A stretch of 64,000 nucleotides of DNA from Raja brachyura. Lineage: Eukaryota. A model generated the notes under the pieces. That model did not search any database, was not told where the DNA came from, and saw nothing but the letters and a program-made list of their open reading frames with translations. A program made the translations under genes and the position numbers. This document shows, in pieces, positions 39,443-51,822 of this stretch (position 1 is the first letter of the stretch; the number at the start of each line of letters is the position of its first letter). The stretch lies in contig OY740790.1 of assembly GCA_963514005.1 (NCBI GenBank), positions 4,960,001-5,024,000 on the forward strand, given 5' to 3'.

Positions 39443-40433
39443 CTGCAGATGAGAAATAGGAAGCTTACAAACCGGACAAGGTCTGGTGTTGTCGTCACCG
39501 TTCAACTGGACTCTGACGACTTGCATTCATTTTCCAGACTCACTTTACTAACATGTGCACAAAGAACAACCTCTCTTTCAATGTCAGCAATACTAAAGAG
39601 ATGATTGTGGACTATAGGAGCCAGCAGGGGAGTGGACACCTCCCATCCACATCGGTGATGCTGAGGTTGAAAGTGTCAGCAGCTTCAAGCTCCTCAGTGC
39701 GCACATCACTGAGGACCTCACCTGGACACTGCACACGGACACAATAACAAAGAAAGCCCGCCAGCGGCTCTTTTTCCTGAGAAGACTGAGCAAGTTTGGC
39801 ATGAACGCCAGCATCCTCACAAACTTCTACAAATGCACCATCGAGAGCCTGCTGACGGGCTGCATCACAGTCTGGTACGGGAACTGTTCTGCTCACAGCC
39901 GCAAATCACTACAGAGAGTGGTGAAGGCGGCACAGCTCATCACTGGCAACTGTCTCCTGGCCATTCAGGACATTTTCCACTGGCGGTGCCTGCGGAAGGC
40001 ACACAGCATCATCAAGGACCACAGCCACCCAGCACAAGACTGTTCTCCTTGTTACCGTCAAGCAGACGATACAGGAGCATGGCTGCAAGTTCCACCAGAC
40101 TTCAGAACGGTTTTTACCATCAGGCCATCAGGCTAAATACTATATTATTTGTTATTTGCACTACATTTGTTATGTATTGAACTTTGTTTCTCTTCCCCCG
40201 TTATGCACTATGTTTACATATTCACACATTCTGTTGTGCTGCAGCAAGTAAGAATTTCCTTGCCGCGTCCAGGACATATGACAATGAAACACTCTTGACT
40301 CTAGTCTAGGCCTCTTGGTCATCACTCACTCACTCACACACTGCAACACCTGTCCTTCAGTGCTAAACTTGCCTGGCTCTAATTTGTGACGGGGTAAAAG
40401 ATGTGATCATTAGAGCGAATCCCAGCACCGTAC

Positions 40434-40751
40434 CTTGAAAGCTTTTCACTTCCCGGCTGATACTGGTGTTCGAGGGGGGATGAGACACTGTACAGCCGAA
40501 GACTGAGCCTTTCTTCCAATCCTCTGAGCTCACAGTCAGGAAGTGGCTCGCTCTGAGAGTCCCCCCCTGCTCCAGAGCTGTCGGTGTAGCGCTGGTGGTG
40601 GAGGAGATCGGGGCTCCGTCTTTCTCCCAAGTGACGTTTATGAGGTCCGGGTAGAAACCAGAGAGCACACACTCGAGGGTGGCTGTGTTGCTATGCTTGG
40701 TCTCTTCATGAGCTGGAGGCAGCAGTCTGACCTTGGGACTTTTTGTTTCAA
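40434..40751 (-). CDS. IgW CH4-like exon, cassette 3 (B3)
   Basis: 318 nt open, AG/GT. Confidence 0.92.
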
Positions 40752-41178
40752 CTAGAACAGAGGAGTAAAGTAGATGTGAGACCCTCTTCCTCAAGGGCCT
40801 GTCCCACTTACGTGACTTTTTCGGTGACTGCCGGCACCCGTCATAAGTCGTTACAGGTCGTCCAAAATGTTCAACATGTTGAAAATCCAGCGGCGACCAG
40901 AACAAGGTACAACTCTTTGGGCAACTGCTCACGACCATACAGGCTTCACCCCATGACATGTCACCAGGGTGTCGCCTGTATGGTCGTGAGTAGTCTCCTC
41001 AATCGCCCAAAGAGTCGTAGCGTCTTCCTGGTCACTGCTGGATTTTCAACGTTGAAAATTCTCAGCCACCTGCAACGACCTATGACGGGTCCCAGCAGTC
41101 GCCAAAAAAGTCGCGCAAGTGGGACAGGCCCATCATGGTAACTAATGGTGGCCATATCATTGCCAATCTCTCGCCCAC

Positions 41179-41481
41179 CTTTGGCACTTTCTGTCCGTGC
41201 TGACACTGGTGAGGATGATGGAGATCGTTGGGCAGAGCACACAACCTCCACCCCGCTGGTCCATTCCTCCACACTGCTCCGGAGTTTACTGCTCACTCTG
41301 TCTTGGGTCCTTTCACCTCTCGGTTGGTGGGTCACAGCCCCTGTAGTTCTCTCCTTTCCGCTCACTTGCCAGTAGATTTGGACCTGGCTCAGATCAGCAC
41401 CCATTACCACGCACACCACAGTAGCGGTCTTGTTGATCCAAATCTCTTCAGTGGAGGGGTGTTGGATAAAGACAGACAATT
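41179..41481 (-). CDS. IgW CH3-like exon, cassette 3 (A3)
   Basis: 303 nt open, AG/GT. Confidence 0.92.
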
Positions 41482-43258
41482 CTGCAGATGAGAAATAGGA
41501 AGCTTACAAACCGGACAAGGTCTGGTGTTGTCGTCACCGATCAACTGGACTCTGACGACTTGCATTCATTTTTCAGACTCACTTTATTGACGTGTGCACA
41601 AGGAGAGCAGCACAGTCCCAGTTACCTGCTGCCCTGAAATTCCACTCAGCATTTATACAGAGTTTGACCCTTGAAATTATGCACACTCTAATTTCTTATA
41701 ATCAAACACAATACATTCTCCTCAACACTTATACAAATACATTAACACTAACACAAATAAAACTACATGCTGTTCAATTCTTTATTGGTATTTAATTTCA
41801 GTGCACCATGGAAAGCATTTTATCGGGATGCATCACAGCATGGTTTGGGAACAGCTCCATCCAAGAAATAGCAGCGAATTGCGGTTGCAGACCAGATCAT
41901 CGCGCAAACTAACCTCCCTTCCACTGACTCCATTTACATCTCACGCTGCCTCGGCAGGGCCAGCAGCATAATCAAGGACCAGTCACACCCTGGCCACTCT
42001 CTCTTCTCCCCTCTCCCATCAGACAAAAAGTATAGAAGTGTGAAAACGCACACCTCCAGATTCAGGGACAGTTTCTTCCCAGCTGTTATCAAGCAACTGA
42101 ACCACCCCCTCACCAACCAGAGCGCAGTCCTGAGCAATCACTGGAGACCCTCGGACTACGTTTAATCGGACATTACCTTGCACAAAATATTATTCCCTTC
42201 TTCATGTATCTGTATACTGTGGAGGGCTTGATTGTAATTATATAGTCTTTCTGGTGACTGGTTAGCACGCAACAAAAAACATTTTCACTGTACCTCGGTC
42301 TACGTGACAATAAACCAAACCAAACAACCCTCGGCCCACACAATGGGCATTGCATCCCCCACCCTACACCATTACTCCTTCCACCATCGACACTTCACGC
42401 TGCCTCAGGAAAGCAGCCAACATCATCAAGGAACCCACATCCCAGTCATTGTCTCTACTCCCCTCTCCAGATGATACAAGAAGCTTGAAATCACGTAGCA
42501 GCAGGTTCAAGAACAGATTTACTTTAAGCACCAACTGGCAGATGTTTAATTGTAACATTGGAATAGAAGAGTTACCAATGATGAGTTGTCTCTTGTATTC
42601 AACATCATCCATGCACACCCACTGAGGACAGAGACTCCTCAAACAACTATCCCCCTTGTTAGACACAGATGTCATGTGTGGCTCAGTGGTGAGCAATGTC
42701 TCCTCATGAAAGCTGCTGTCTTTGGGATGAGGCTTTAAGGAGGTGCTTCTCAGGTAGATGTCAGCAAAGCCACGACATGACCACGACTGTTCTGCTCAGA
42801 GTCCTGAGCTAATATTTATCCTGAAACCAAACAGCTAAACACAGGTGGGCTGTGGGAAGTGAGGGGAAAGAGGGAGAAAGCAAGGACTACCTGACGCAGG
42901 AGATGTGGCCAGATTTGGTTTGCCGTGTGGGAGCTTGCACCAGGTACATTGTCACAGCTGGGCTAAGAAAGACCATGGTCCAATCAGTTCACCTTGTGTC
43001 ACCCTGACGGTCGCATGGCAGAGTGATAATGGAGTTAATGACCAACAACCACAATCAATCTCTGTCTTCAACTGGTCCAGGCGTGGGTGTCAGAACACCC
43101 AATTGTGGAAGGTTTTGGACACATTGATCCAACAAAACCTCTTTCTCCCAGAATGTGCTTCTCCTAGAACGTGCACACCTCACATCCCAGCTACCCATGT
43201 ACTGCCACCCAAAACACACCAGTCACAGACACGCACACAAAACATTTTTCACATCATA

Positions 43259-43264
43259 TTTATT
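43259..43264 (-). terminator. Poly(A) signal of the long secreted IgW form
   Basis: AATAAA ~300 nt after the stop at 43557. Confidence 0.6.
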
Positions 43265-43556
43265 GAACTTGTATTGGTACATTGACACATACATAGATTT
43301 AATACCTCGTGTGATCCCATACAGGGTTAATATCTGTTCAAGCATGACAAAAAAAGTTCTGTAAATGTATCCAGAAGCTCAGACATTTGTGGTGAATCAT
43401 GGCTGTCACTTAAGTTGTAGCTCGTGTGGAATTATGTTTTTAATGATTTACAAAGGTTCACATTTCGACGATGTATTAGGGAACTGACCCATCATCCTCT
43501 GGGTCAGTTAATAAATCCAGAAATGAACAAAACAAGTGTTTGAGAAATGAATCATG

Positions 43557-43942
43557 TTACACACAAGATTTAAAGCTATCAGCCAGAACAAGTGAGACAT
43601 TGACCAGGGTGGGTTTGCTGTGAGATTTATTGATGCTTCTGAATAGGCTGGTTGTGATGGACCCGTGTCCCACAACACAGGAGAAGGTGGTGCCACTGTT
43701 CCACTCCTCTGGAGAAACCTTCAACTGACTGGTCATGGTGTTCCACCCATTCCTGGTGTCCTTGGTCACGGGCTGGTTCATGATCCCTGTCTTCAGAAGG
43801 GTGTCGTTGGCCATCCAGGCCACATAGATGTCTGCAGGAGAGAATCTGGTGACCAGGCACGTCAAGGTGGCCGTCTCATCCGTCTCCACCTCATCCAATG
43901 AAGGGGGGAGGAGGTAGACTTGAGGACGACTCTCAACTCCAT
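43557..43942 (-). CDS. IgW CH6 with long-form secretory tailpiece
   Basis: RPQVYLLPPS..TLTCLVTRFSPADIYVAW..FSCVVGH, then KPTLVNVSLVLADSFKSCV* (NVS glycan site, penultimate Cys). Confidence 0.95.
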
Positions 43943-45136
43943 CTGGGAACAGAGAGAACCTGAGTTAGACTGAATCTGTCCGTAATTCTGTACTTACCCA
44001 ATACATTCCAATCTTATACTGACATTAACATTGTTTACATCCTGGGGGACCTCAGTTCACCTGAAACTAAAGGCTTTTCCTTTCTGCTCATTGTAGGGAT
44101 GTATGGAATAGAAATCATGCTTCTGGTGCATTTTACAGGGCGACATGGTGGCGCAGCGGTAGAATTGCTGCCTACAATGCTAGAGACATGGGTTTGATCC
44201 CGACTATGGGTAGTGCCTGTATGGAGTTTGTACGTGACCGCGTGGGTTTTCTCCGGGTGCTCAGGTTTCCTCCCACACTCCAAAAACATACATGTTCTCT
44301 GTATGGCGGGACTGTCATATGCTGAGAGCGACTGGGCTTGTATACTCTTGAATATAGAAGGATGAGAGGGAATCTGATCGAAACATAAGATCATTAAGGG
44401 TTTGGACACGTTAGAGGCAGGAAACATGTTCCAGATGTTCAGGGAGTCCAGAACCAGGGGCCACAGTTTAAGAATAAGGGGTTAGCCATGTTGAACAGAG
44501 ATAAGGAAACACTTTTTCACACAGAGAGTTGTGAGTCTGTGGAATTCTCTGCCTCAGAGGGCGGCGGAGACTGATTCTCTGGACACTTTCAACAGAGAGC
44601 TAGATAGGGCTCTTAAAGATAGCAAAGTCAGGGGATATGGGGAGAAGCAGGATCGGGGTACTGATTGGGGATGATCAGCCACAATCACATTGAATGGCAG
44701 TGCTGGCTTGAAAGGCCGAATGGCCTACTGCACCTATTGCCTATTGTTTGTAGGCTAATTGTCTTGGTTTAATTGTAAATTGTTCTTGGTATGTGCTGGG
44801 TAGTGTTAGTGTGCGGGGATTGCTAGTCGGCCCGGACTTGATGGGCCGAAGGGCGCTGTATCTCTAAACTAAACTGAACTATAGCTTCCAGTGAGTTTAA
44901 ATTGGGTAGTTAATCAACAGGAACCACTGAATGCTGAGACTCTACAAAAAGTGGAACTCAGTCCTTGTCGTGGTGACTTGGGATTTTAATGATGTGGTTA
45001 ATCAGCTGAGTTTAATCCTCTTTTGCTCCCTCACACTCTCTGACCATCTGTAAGTCCACCCAATATCCATTAGATATCCACTGGAATTCAGAAAATTCAA
45101 AGGAATCTGAGAGAAACTATTACATTCTTAACCGGA

Positions 45137-46355
45137 TTGATGAAGGGGAGGCAGTGGATGTATTGTGTCTAGACTTTCAGAAAGCCTTTGATAAGGTCCT
45201 GCACGGGAGACTGGTGACTAAAATTAGAGCACATGGTATTGGGTAGGATAGATGTTGACGTGGATAGAAAATTGGTTGGCAGACAGGAAGCAAAGAGCAG
45301 GAGTGAACAGGTACTTTTCAGCATGGCAGGCAGTGGCAAGTGGAGTGCCGTAAGGCTCAGTGTTGGGGCCGCAACTGTTTATCATATAGATTAATTATTT
45401 GGAAGAGGGAATTAAGAGCAACACTAGCAAGTTTGTGGATGATAAAGCTGGGTGGCAGTGTGAACAGTGAAGAGGATGCTAGGAGGTTGCAAGGTGTCCT
45501 GGACAGGTTGTGTGAGTGGGCAGATGCGTGGCAGATGCAGTATAATATAGATAAATCTGAGGTTATCCACTTTGGTGGCAAAAACAAGGGGGCAGATTAT
45601 TATCTCCATGGGGTTAGGTTAGGTAAGGGGATGGTATAGCGAGACCTGGGTGCCCTTGTACACCGGTTATTGCAAGCTAGCGTGCAGATACAGCAGGCAG
45701 TGAAGAAAGCTAACGGAATGTTGGCCTTCATAACAAGAGGATTTCAGTACAGGAGTAGAGAGGTTCTTTTACAGTTGTATAGGGCTCTGGTAAGACCACA
45801 TCTGGAGTATTGCGCACAGTTTTGGTCTCCTAATTTGTGGAAGGACATCCTTGTGATTGAGGCAGTGCAGCATAGGTTCACGAGATTGATCCCTGGGATG
45901 GCAGGACTGCCATTTGAGGTAAGATTGAAAATACTAGGCTTCTATTCACTGAGGCTTAGAAGGATAAGGGGGGGATCTTATAGAAAGGTATAAAATTATA
46001 AAAGGACTGGACAAGCTAGATGCAGGTAAAATGCTCCCAATGTTGGGCGAGTCGAGAACCAGGGGTCAGTCTTAGAATAAAGGGGAGGCCATTTAAGACT
46101 GAGATGAGAAAAACTCTTTCACCCAGAGAGTTGTGCATTTGTGGAATTCCCGGCCACAGAGGACAGTGGATGCTAAGTCACTGGATGGATTTAAGAGAGA
46201 GTTAGATAGAGCTCTATAAGCTAGTGGAATCAAGTGATATGGGGAGAAGGCACATACAGGTTATTGATTGGGGACGATCAGCCTTGATTACATTGAATGG
46301 TGGTGCTGGCTCAGAGGGCCGAATGGCCTCCTGTACCTATTTTCTATGTTTCTAT
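45137..46355 (+). mobile_element. CR1 RT/3' fragment
   Basis: LDFQKAFDKV, RPHLEYC, TTTCTATG tail. Confidence 0.88.
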
Positions 46356-46748
46356 GAACAGGTGAGGCAGAGGAAGAATGTTTCAGATATTGGGGAATCC
46401 AGGCCAGGAGATGACAGTCTGGGGTAATGGTGTGTAGGTGTGTGAGGGGGAGAAATGTCTTCACCCAGACAGTGGTGAACCTGGGCATTCTCTGCCACAG
46501 ACAGCACTGACGCCCATTTATTAGATATATGCAAGAATGAGTTGGATCCAGTTCTTAGGGTAAAGGGATCAAGGGATATGGGGAGAATGCAGGAAGTACT
46601 GAATATGGATGATCAGCCGTGCTCATATTGAATGTCTGTGCAGGATTGAAGGGCCGAATGGCCTGCGCCTGCAATTATTTTCTATGCTGGATGTGATGTC
46701 TGTCCATTTGCTCAGATCAGACTCGCACCGACCTCTGTCAACACGTAC

Positions 46749-47069
46749 CTGTCGGCTTCTCCAAGGATCTGCTCTCCGGTGTTGGCAAACTCTTGTCCTC
46801 CACAACACAGGTGTACAGAGCCCCACTGTCCCACTCTGCAGCGGGGACCGTCAGTCCGCTGGTGATGGTGTCTGTACCTCCGATCCTCTCTGCACCACGT
46901 GTTGTCACCCCGTCTTCTCTCTTCATTCCATTCACTTGCCAGGTTACCCTGAATCCCTCTAAATCACCGTGAACCACCTTACACAGAATGGTGGCTGTCT
47001 TGTTGATCCAGATCTCTTCGAAGGAAGGTTTGCTTAAAGTGACCGAGGGGCGGGTAACTGAACATTCAT
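46749..47069 (-). CDS. IgW CH5 exon
   Basis: 321 nt; DECSVTRPSVTLSKPSFEEIWINKTATILCKV..W..WDSGALYTCVVED; cccag/gtacgt. Confidence 0.93.
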
Positions 47070-47935
47070 CTGGGAGAAATCACAATTATTATGTCATCGT
47101 TCCCTGATGGAGCAGCTTGCCACTGAAGTATTTTGTGCTCATCTCCACCGAATGATATGCCAGTCCCATCAACATCAGGGAGATTTATCTACATTGGTGT
47201 AGGAATGAAGCTTCCTATTGATCCCACAAGGAAACCTTGCTAAACAATGTGAATTAACACGTTGACTTTTACATTAATTGACAGTTTTGTGATCACTGAA
47301 CCTGTTACCAGCTATTTACTGAATCAAATGTATAAAATTTCCATTGAGAGGCAAATCAAGCTAATATTTGAGGTACGGGAACTGTTCTGCTCACAGCCGC
47401 AAATCACTACAGAGAGTGGTGAAGGCGGCACAGCACATCACTGGCAACTGTCTCCTGGCCATTCAGGACATTTTCCAGTGGCGGTGCCTGCGGAAGGCAC
47501 ACAGCATCATCAAGGACCACAGCCACCCAGCACACAGACTGTTCTCCTTGTTACCGTCAGGCAGACGATACAGGAGCATGGCTGCGAGTTCCACCAGACT
47601 TAAGAACGGTTTTTACCATCAGGCCATCAGGCTAAATACTATATTATTATTTGTTATTTGCACTACATTTGTTATGTATTGAACTTTTTTTCATTTCCCC
47701 CGTTATGCACTATGTTTACATATTCACATATTCTGTTGTGCTGCAGCAAGTAAGAATTTCCTTGTCCCGTCCAGGACATATGACAATGAAACACTCTTGA
47801 CTCTAGTCTAGGCCTCTTGGTCATCACTCACTCACTCACACACTGCAACACCTGTCCTTCAGTGCTAAACTTGCCTGGCTCTAATTTGTGACGGGGTAAA
47901 AGATGTGATCATTAGAGTGAATCGCAGCACCGTAC

Positions 47936-48253
47936 CTTGAAAGCTTTTCACTTCCCGGCTGATACTGGTGTTCGAGGGGGGATGAGACACTGTACAGACG
48001 AAGACTGAGCCTTTCTTCCAATCCTCTGAACTCACAGTCAGGAAGTGACTCGCACTGAAAGTCCCCCCCTGCTCCAGAGAAGTTGGTGTAGCGCTGATGG
48101 TGGAGGAGATCGGGGCTCCGTCTTTCTCCCAAGTGACGTTTATGAGGTCCGGGTAGAAACCAGAGAGCACACACTCGAGGGTGGTTGTGTTGCTCTGCTT
48201 GGTCTCTTCATGAGCTGGAGGCAGCAGTCTGACCTTGGGTCTTTTTGTTTCAA
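47936..48253 (-). CDS. IgW CH4-like exon, cassette 2 (B2)
   Basis: 318 nt open, AG/GT. Confidence 0.92.
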
Positions 48254-48672
48254 CTGGAACAGAGGAGCAAAGTAGATGTGAGACCCTCTTCCTCAAGGGC
48301 CTGTCCCACTTATGCGAACTTTTCGTCGACTGCTGGCACCCGTCATAGGTCGCCGAAAATGTTAAACATGTTGAAATACCAGCGGCGACCAGAACAAGGT
48401 GCGACTCTTTGGGCGACTATTCACGACCATATAGGCTTCACCCCGCGACATGTCGCCAGGGTGTCGCCTGTATGTTCGTGAGTAGTCTCCTCAGTCGCCC
48501 AAAGAGTAGTAGCGTCTTCCTGGTCACCGCTGGATTTTCAATATGTTGACAATTTTCAGCCACCTGTAACGACCTATGACAGGTCCCAGCAGTTGCCAAA
48601 AAAGTCACGTAAGTGCGATAGGCCCATCATGGCAACTAATGTTGGCCATATCATTACCAATCTCTCGCCCAC

Positions 48673-48975
48673 CTTTGGCACTTTCTGTCCGTGCTGACAC
48701 TGGTGAGGATGATGGAGATCGTTGGGCAGAGCACACAACCTCCACCCCGCTGGTCCATTCCTCCACACTGCTCCGGAGTTTACTGCTCACTCTGTCTTGG
48801 GTCCTTTCTCCTCTCGGTTGGTGGGTCACAGCCCCTGTAGTTCTCTCCCTTCCGCTCACTTGCCAGTAGATTTGGACCTGGCTCAGATCAGCACCCATTA
48901 CCACGCACACTACAGTAGCGGTCTTGTTGATCCAAATCTCTTCAGTGGTGGGGTTTTGGATAAAGACAGACAATT
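48673..48975 (-). CDS. IgW CH3-like exon, cassette 2 (A2)
   Basis: 303 nt open, AG/GT. Confidence 0.92.
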
Positions 48976-49988
48976 CTGCAGATGAGAAATAGGAAGCTTA
49001 CAAACCGGACCAGGTCTGGTGTTGTCGTCACCGTTCAACTGGACTCTGACGACTTGTATTTATTTTCCAGACTCACTTTACTAACGTGTGCACAAAGAAC
49101 AACCTCTCTCTCTCAATGTCAGCAAAACTAAAGAGATGATCGTGGACTACAGGAGACAGCAGAGGAGTGGACACCTCCCATCCACATCGGTGATGCTGAG
49201 GTTGAAAGGGTCAGCAGCTTCAAGTTCCTCAGTGTGCACATCACTGAGGACCTCACCTGGGCACTGCACACGGACACAATAACAAAGAAAGCCCGCCAGC
49301 GGCTCTTTTTCCTGAGAAGACTGAGCAAGTTTGGCATGAACGCCAGCATCCTCACAAACTTCTACAAATGCACCATCGAGAGCCTGCTGACGGGCTGCAT
49401 CACAGTCTGGTACGGGAACTGTTATGCTCACAGCCGCAAATCACTACAGAGAGTGGTGAAGGCGGCACAGCACATCATTGGCAACTGTCTCCTGGCCATT
49501 CAGGACATTTTCCACTGGCGGTGCCTGCGGAAGGCACACAGCATCATCAAGGACCACAGCCACCCAGCACACAGACTGTTCTCCTTGTTACCATCAAGCA
49601 GACTATACAGGAGCATGGCTGCAAGTACCACCAGACTTAAGAACAGTTTTTAGCATCAGGCCATTAAGCTAAATACTATATTATTATTTGTTATTTGCCC
49701 TACATTTGTTATTTATTGAACTTTTTCATTTTATCCCTTCCCCCGTTATGCACTATGTTTACATATTCACATATTATGTTGTGTTGCAGCAAGTAACAAT
49801 TTCTTTGTCCCGTCCGGGACATATGACAATAAAACACTCTTGACTGTTCTTGACTCTAGTCTGGACCGCTTGGTCATCACTCACTCACTCACACACTGTA
49901 ACACCTGTCCTTCACTGCTAAACGTGCCTGGCCCTATTTTGTGACGGGGTAAAAGATGTGATCATTAGAGTGAATCCCAGCACCGTAC

Positions 49989-50306
49989 CTTGAAAGCTTT
50001 TCACTTCCCGGCTGATACTGGTGTTCGAGGGGGGATGAGACACTGTACAGCCAAAGACTGAGCCTTTCTTCCAATCCTCTGAGCTCACAGTCAGGAAGTG
50101 GCTGGCACTGAAAGTCCCCCCCTGCTCCAGAGCAGTCGGTGTAGCGCTGGTGGTGGAGGAGATCGGGGCTCCATCTTTCTCCCAAGTGACGTTTATGAGG
50201 TCCGGGTAGAAACCAGAGAGCACACACTCGAGGGTGGCTGTGTTGCTATGCTTGGTCTCTTCATGAGCTGGAGGCAGCAGTCTGACCTTGGGACTTTTTG
50301 TTTCAA
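49989..50306 (-). CDS. IgW CH4-like exon, cassette 1 (B1)
   Basis: 318 nt open, AG/GT. Confidence 0.92.
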
Positions 50307-50735
50307 CTAGAACAGAGGAGTAAAGTAGATGTGAGACCCTCTTCCTCAAGGGTCTGTCCCACTTACGTGACTTTTTCGGTGACTGCCGGCACCCGTCATA
50401 AGTCGTTACAGGTCGTCCAAAATGTTCAACATGTTGAAAATCCAGCGGCGACCAGAACAAGGTACGACTCTTTGGGCGACTACTCACGACCATGCAGGCT
50501 TCACTCCATGACATGTCGACAGGGTGTCGCCTGTATGTTCGTGAGTAGTCTCCTCAGTCGCCCAAAGAGTCGTAGCATCTTCCAGGTCACCGCTGGATTT
50601 TCAACATGTTGACAATTTTCAGCCACCTGTAACTACCTATGACGGCTCCTAGCAGTCGCCAAAAAAGTTGCGTAAGTGGGACAGGCCCATCATGGTAACT
50701 AATGTTGGCCATATCATTGCCGATCTCTCGCCCAC

Positions 50736-51038
50736 CTTTGGCACTTTCTGTCCGTGCTGACACTGGTGAGGATGATGGAGATCGTTGGGCAGAGCACACA
50801 ACCTCCACCCCGCTGGTCCATTCCTCCACACTGCTCCGGAGTTTACTGCTCACTCTGTCTTGGGTCCTTTCTCCTCTCGGTTGGTGGGTCACAGCCCCTG
50901 TAGTTCTCTCCCTTCCGCTCATTTGCCAGTAGATTTGGACCTGGCTCAGATCAGCACCCATTACCACGCACACCACAGTAGCGGTCTTGTTGATCCAAAT
51001 CTCTTCAGTGGAGGGGTTTTGGATAAAGACAGACAATT
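50736..51038 (-). CDS. IgW CH3-like exon, cassette 1 (A1)
   Basis: 303 nt open, AG/GT. Confidence 0.92.
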
Positions 51039-51271
51039 CTGCAGATGAGAAATAGGAAGCTTACAAACCAGACAAGGTCTGGTGTTGTCGTCACCGATCA
51101 ACTGAACTCTGACGACTTGCATTCATTTTTCAGACTCCCTTTATTGACGTGTGCACAAGGAGAGCAGCACAGTCCCAGTTACCTGCTGCTCTGAAATGCC
51201 ACTCAGCATTGATACAGAATTTGACCCTTGAAATTATGCATACTCTACTTTCTTATAATCGAACACAATAC

Positions 51272-51822
51272 ATAGATAAATGTGAGGTTATCCACTTTGG
51301 TGGCAAAAACAAGGGGGCAGATTATTTTCTCCATGGCGTTAGGTTAGGTAAGGGGGAGGTACAGCGGGACCTGGGTGTCCTTGTACACCGATCACTGAAA
51401 GCTAGCATGCAGATACAGCAGGCAGTGAAGAAAGCTAACGGAATGTTGGCCTTCATAACAAAAGGATTTCAGTACAGGACTAGAGAGGTTCTTCTGCAGT
51501 TGTATAGGGCTCCGGTAAGACCACATCTGGAGTATTGCGTACAGTTTTGGTCTCCTAATTTGTGGAAGGACATCCTTGTGATTGAGGCAGTGCAGCATAG
51601 GTTCACGAGATTGATCCCTGGGATGGCGGGACTGCCATTTGAGGAAAGATTGAAAAGACTAGGCTTGTATTCACTGGAGTTTAGAAGGATGAGGGGGGAT
51701 CTTATAGAAACATATAAAATTATACAAGGACTGGACAAGCTAGATGCAGGAAAAATGTTCCCAATGTTGGGCGAGTCCAGAACCAGGGGTCAGTCTTAGA
51801 ATAAAGGAGAGGCCATTTAAGA
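51272..51822 (+). mobile_element. CR1 fragment, paralogous copy of 45547-46097
   Basis: Shares private variants with it (CTCCATGG, GCTAGC, AATTTGTGGAAGG, ACTGCCATTT, CCAGGGGTCAGTCTT). Confidence 0.8.

Noticed and set aside
34275-50514. Long ORF-track proteins such as 36311-36922 and 38297-38923 as standalone genes
   Set aside because: They are Ig exons read through into MITE and intron sequence; true boundaries are set by the splice sites
34376-51038. CRISPR-like or prokaryotic repeat array
   Set aside because: The repeats are ~2-kb eukaryotic exon/TE cassettes with no short repeat-spacer structure
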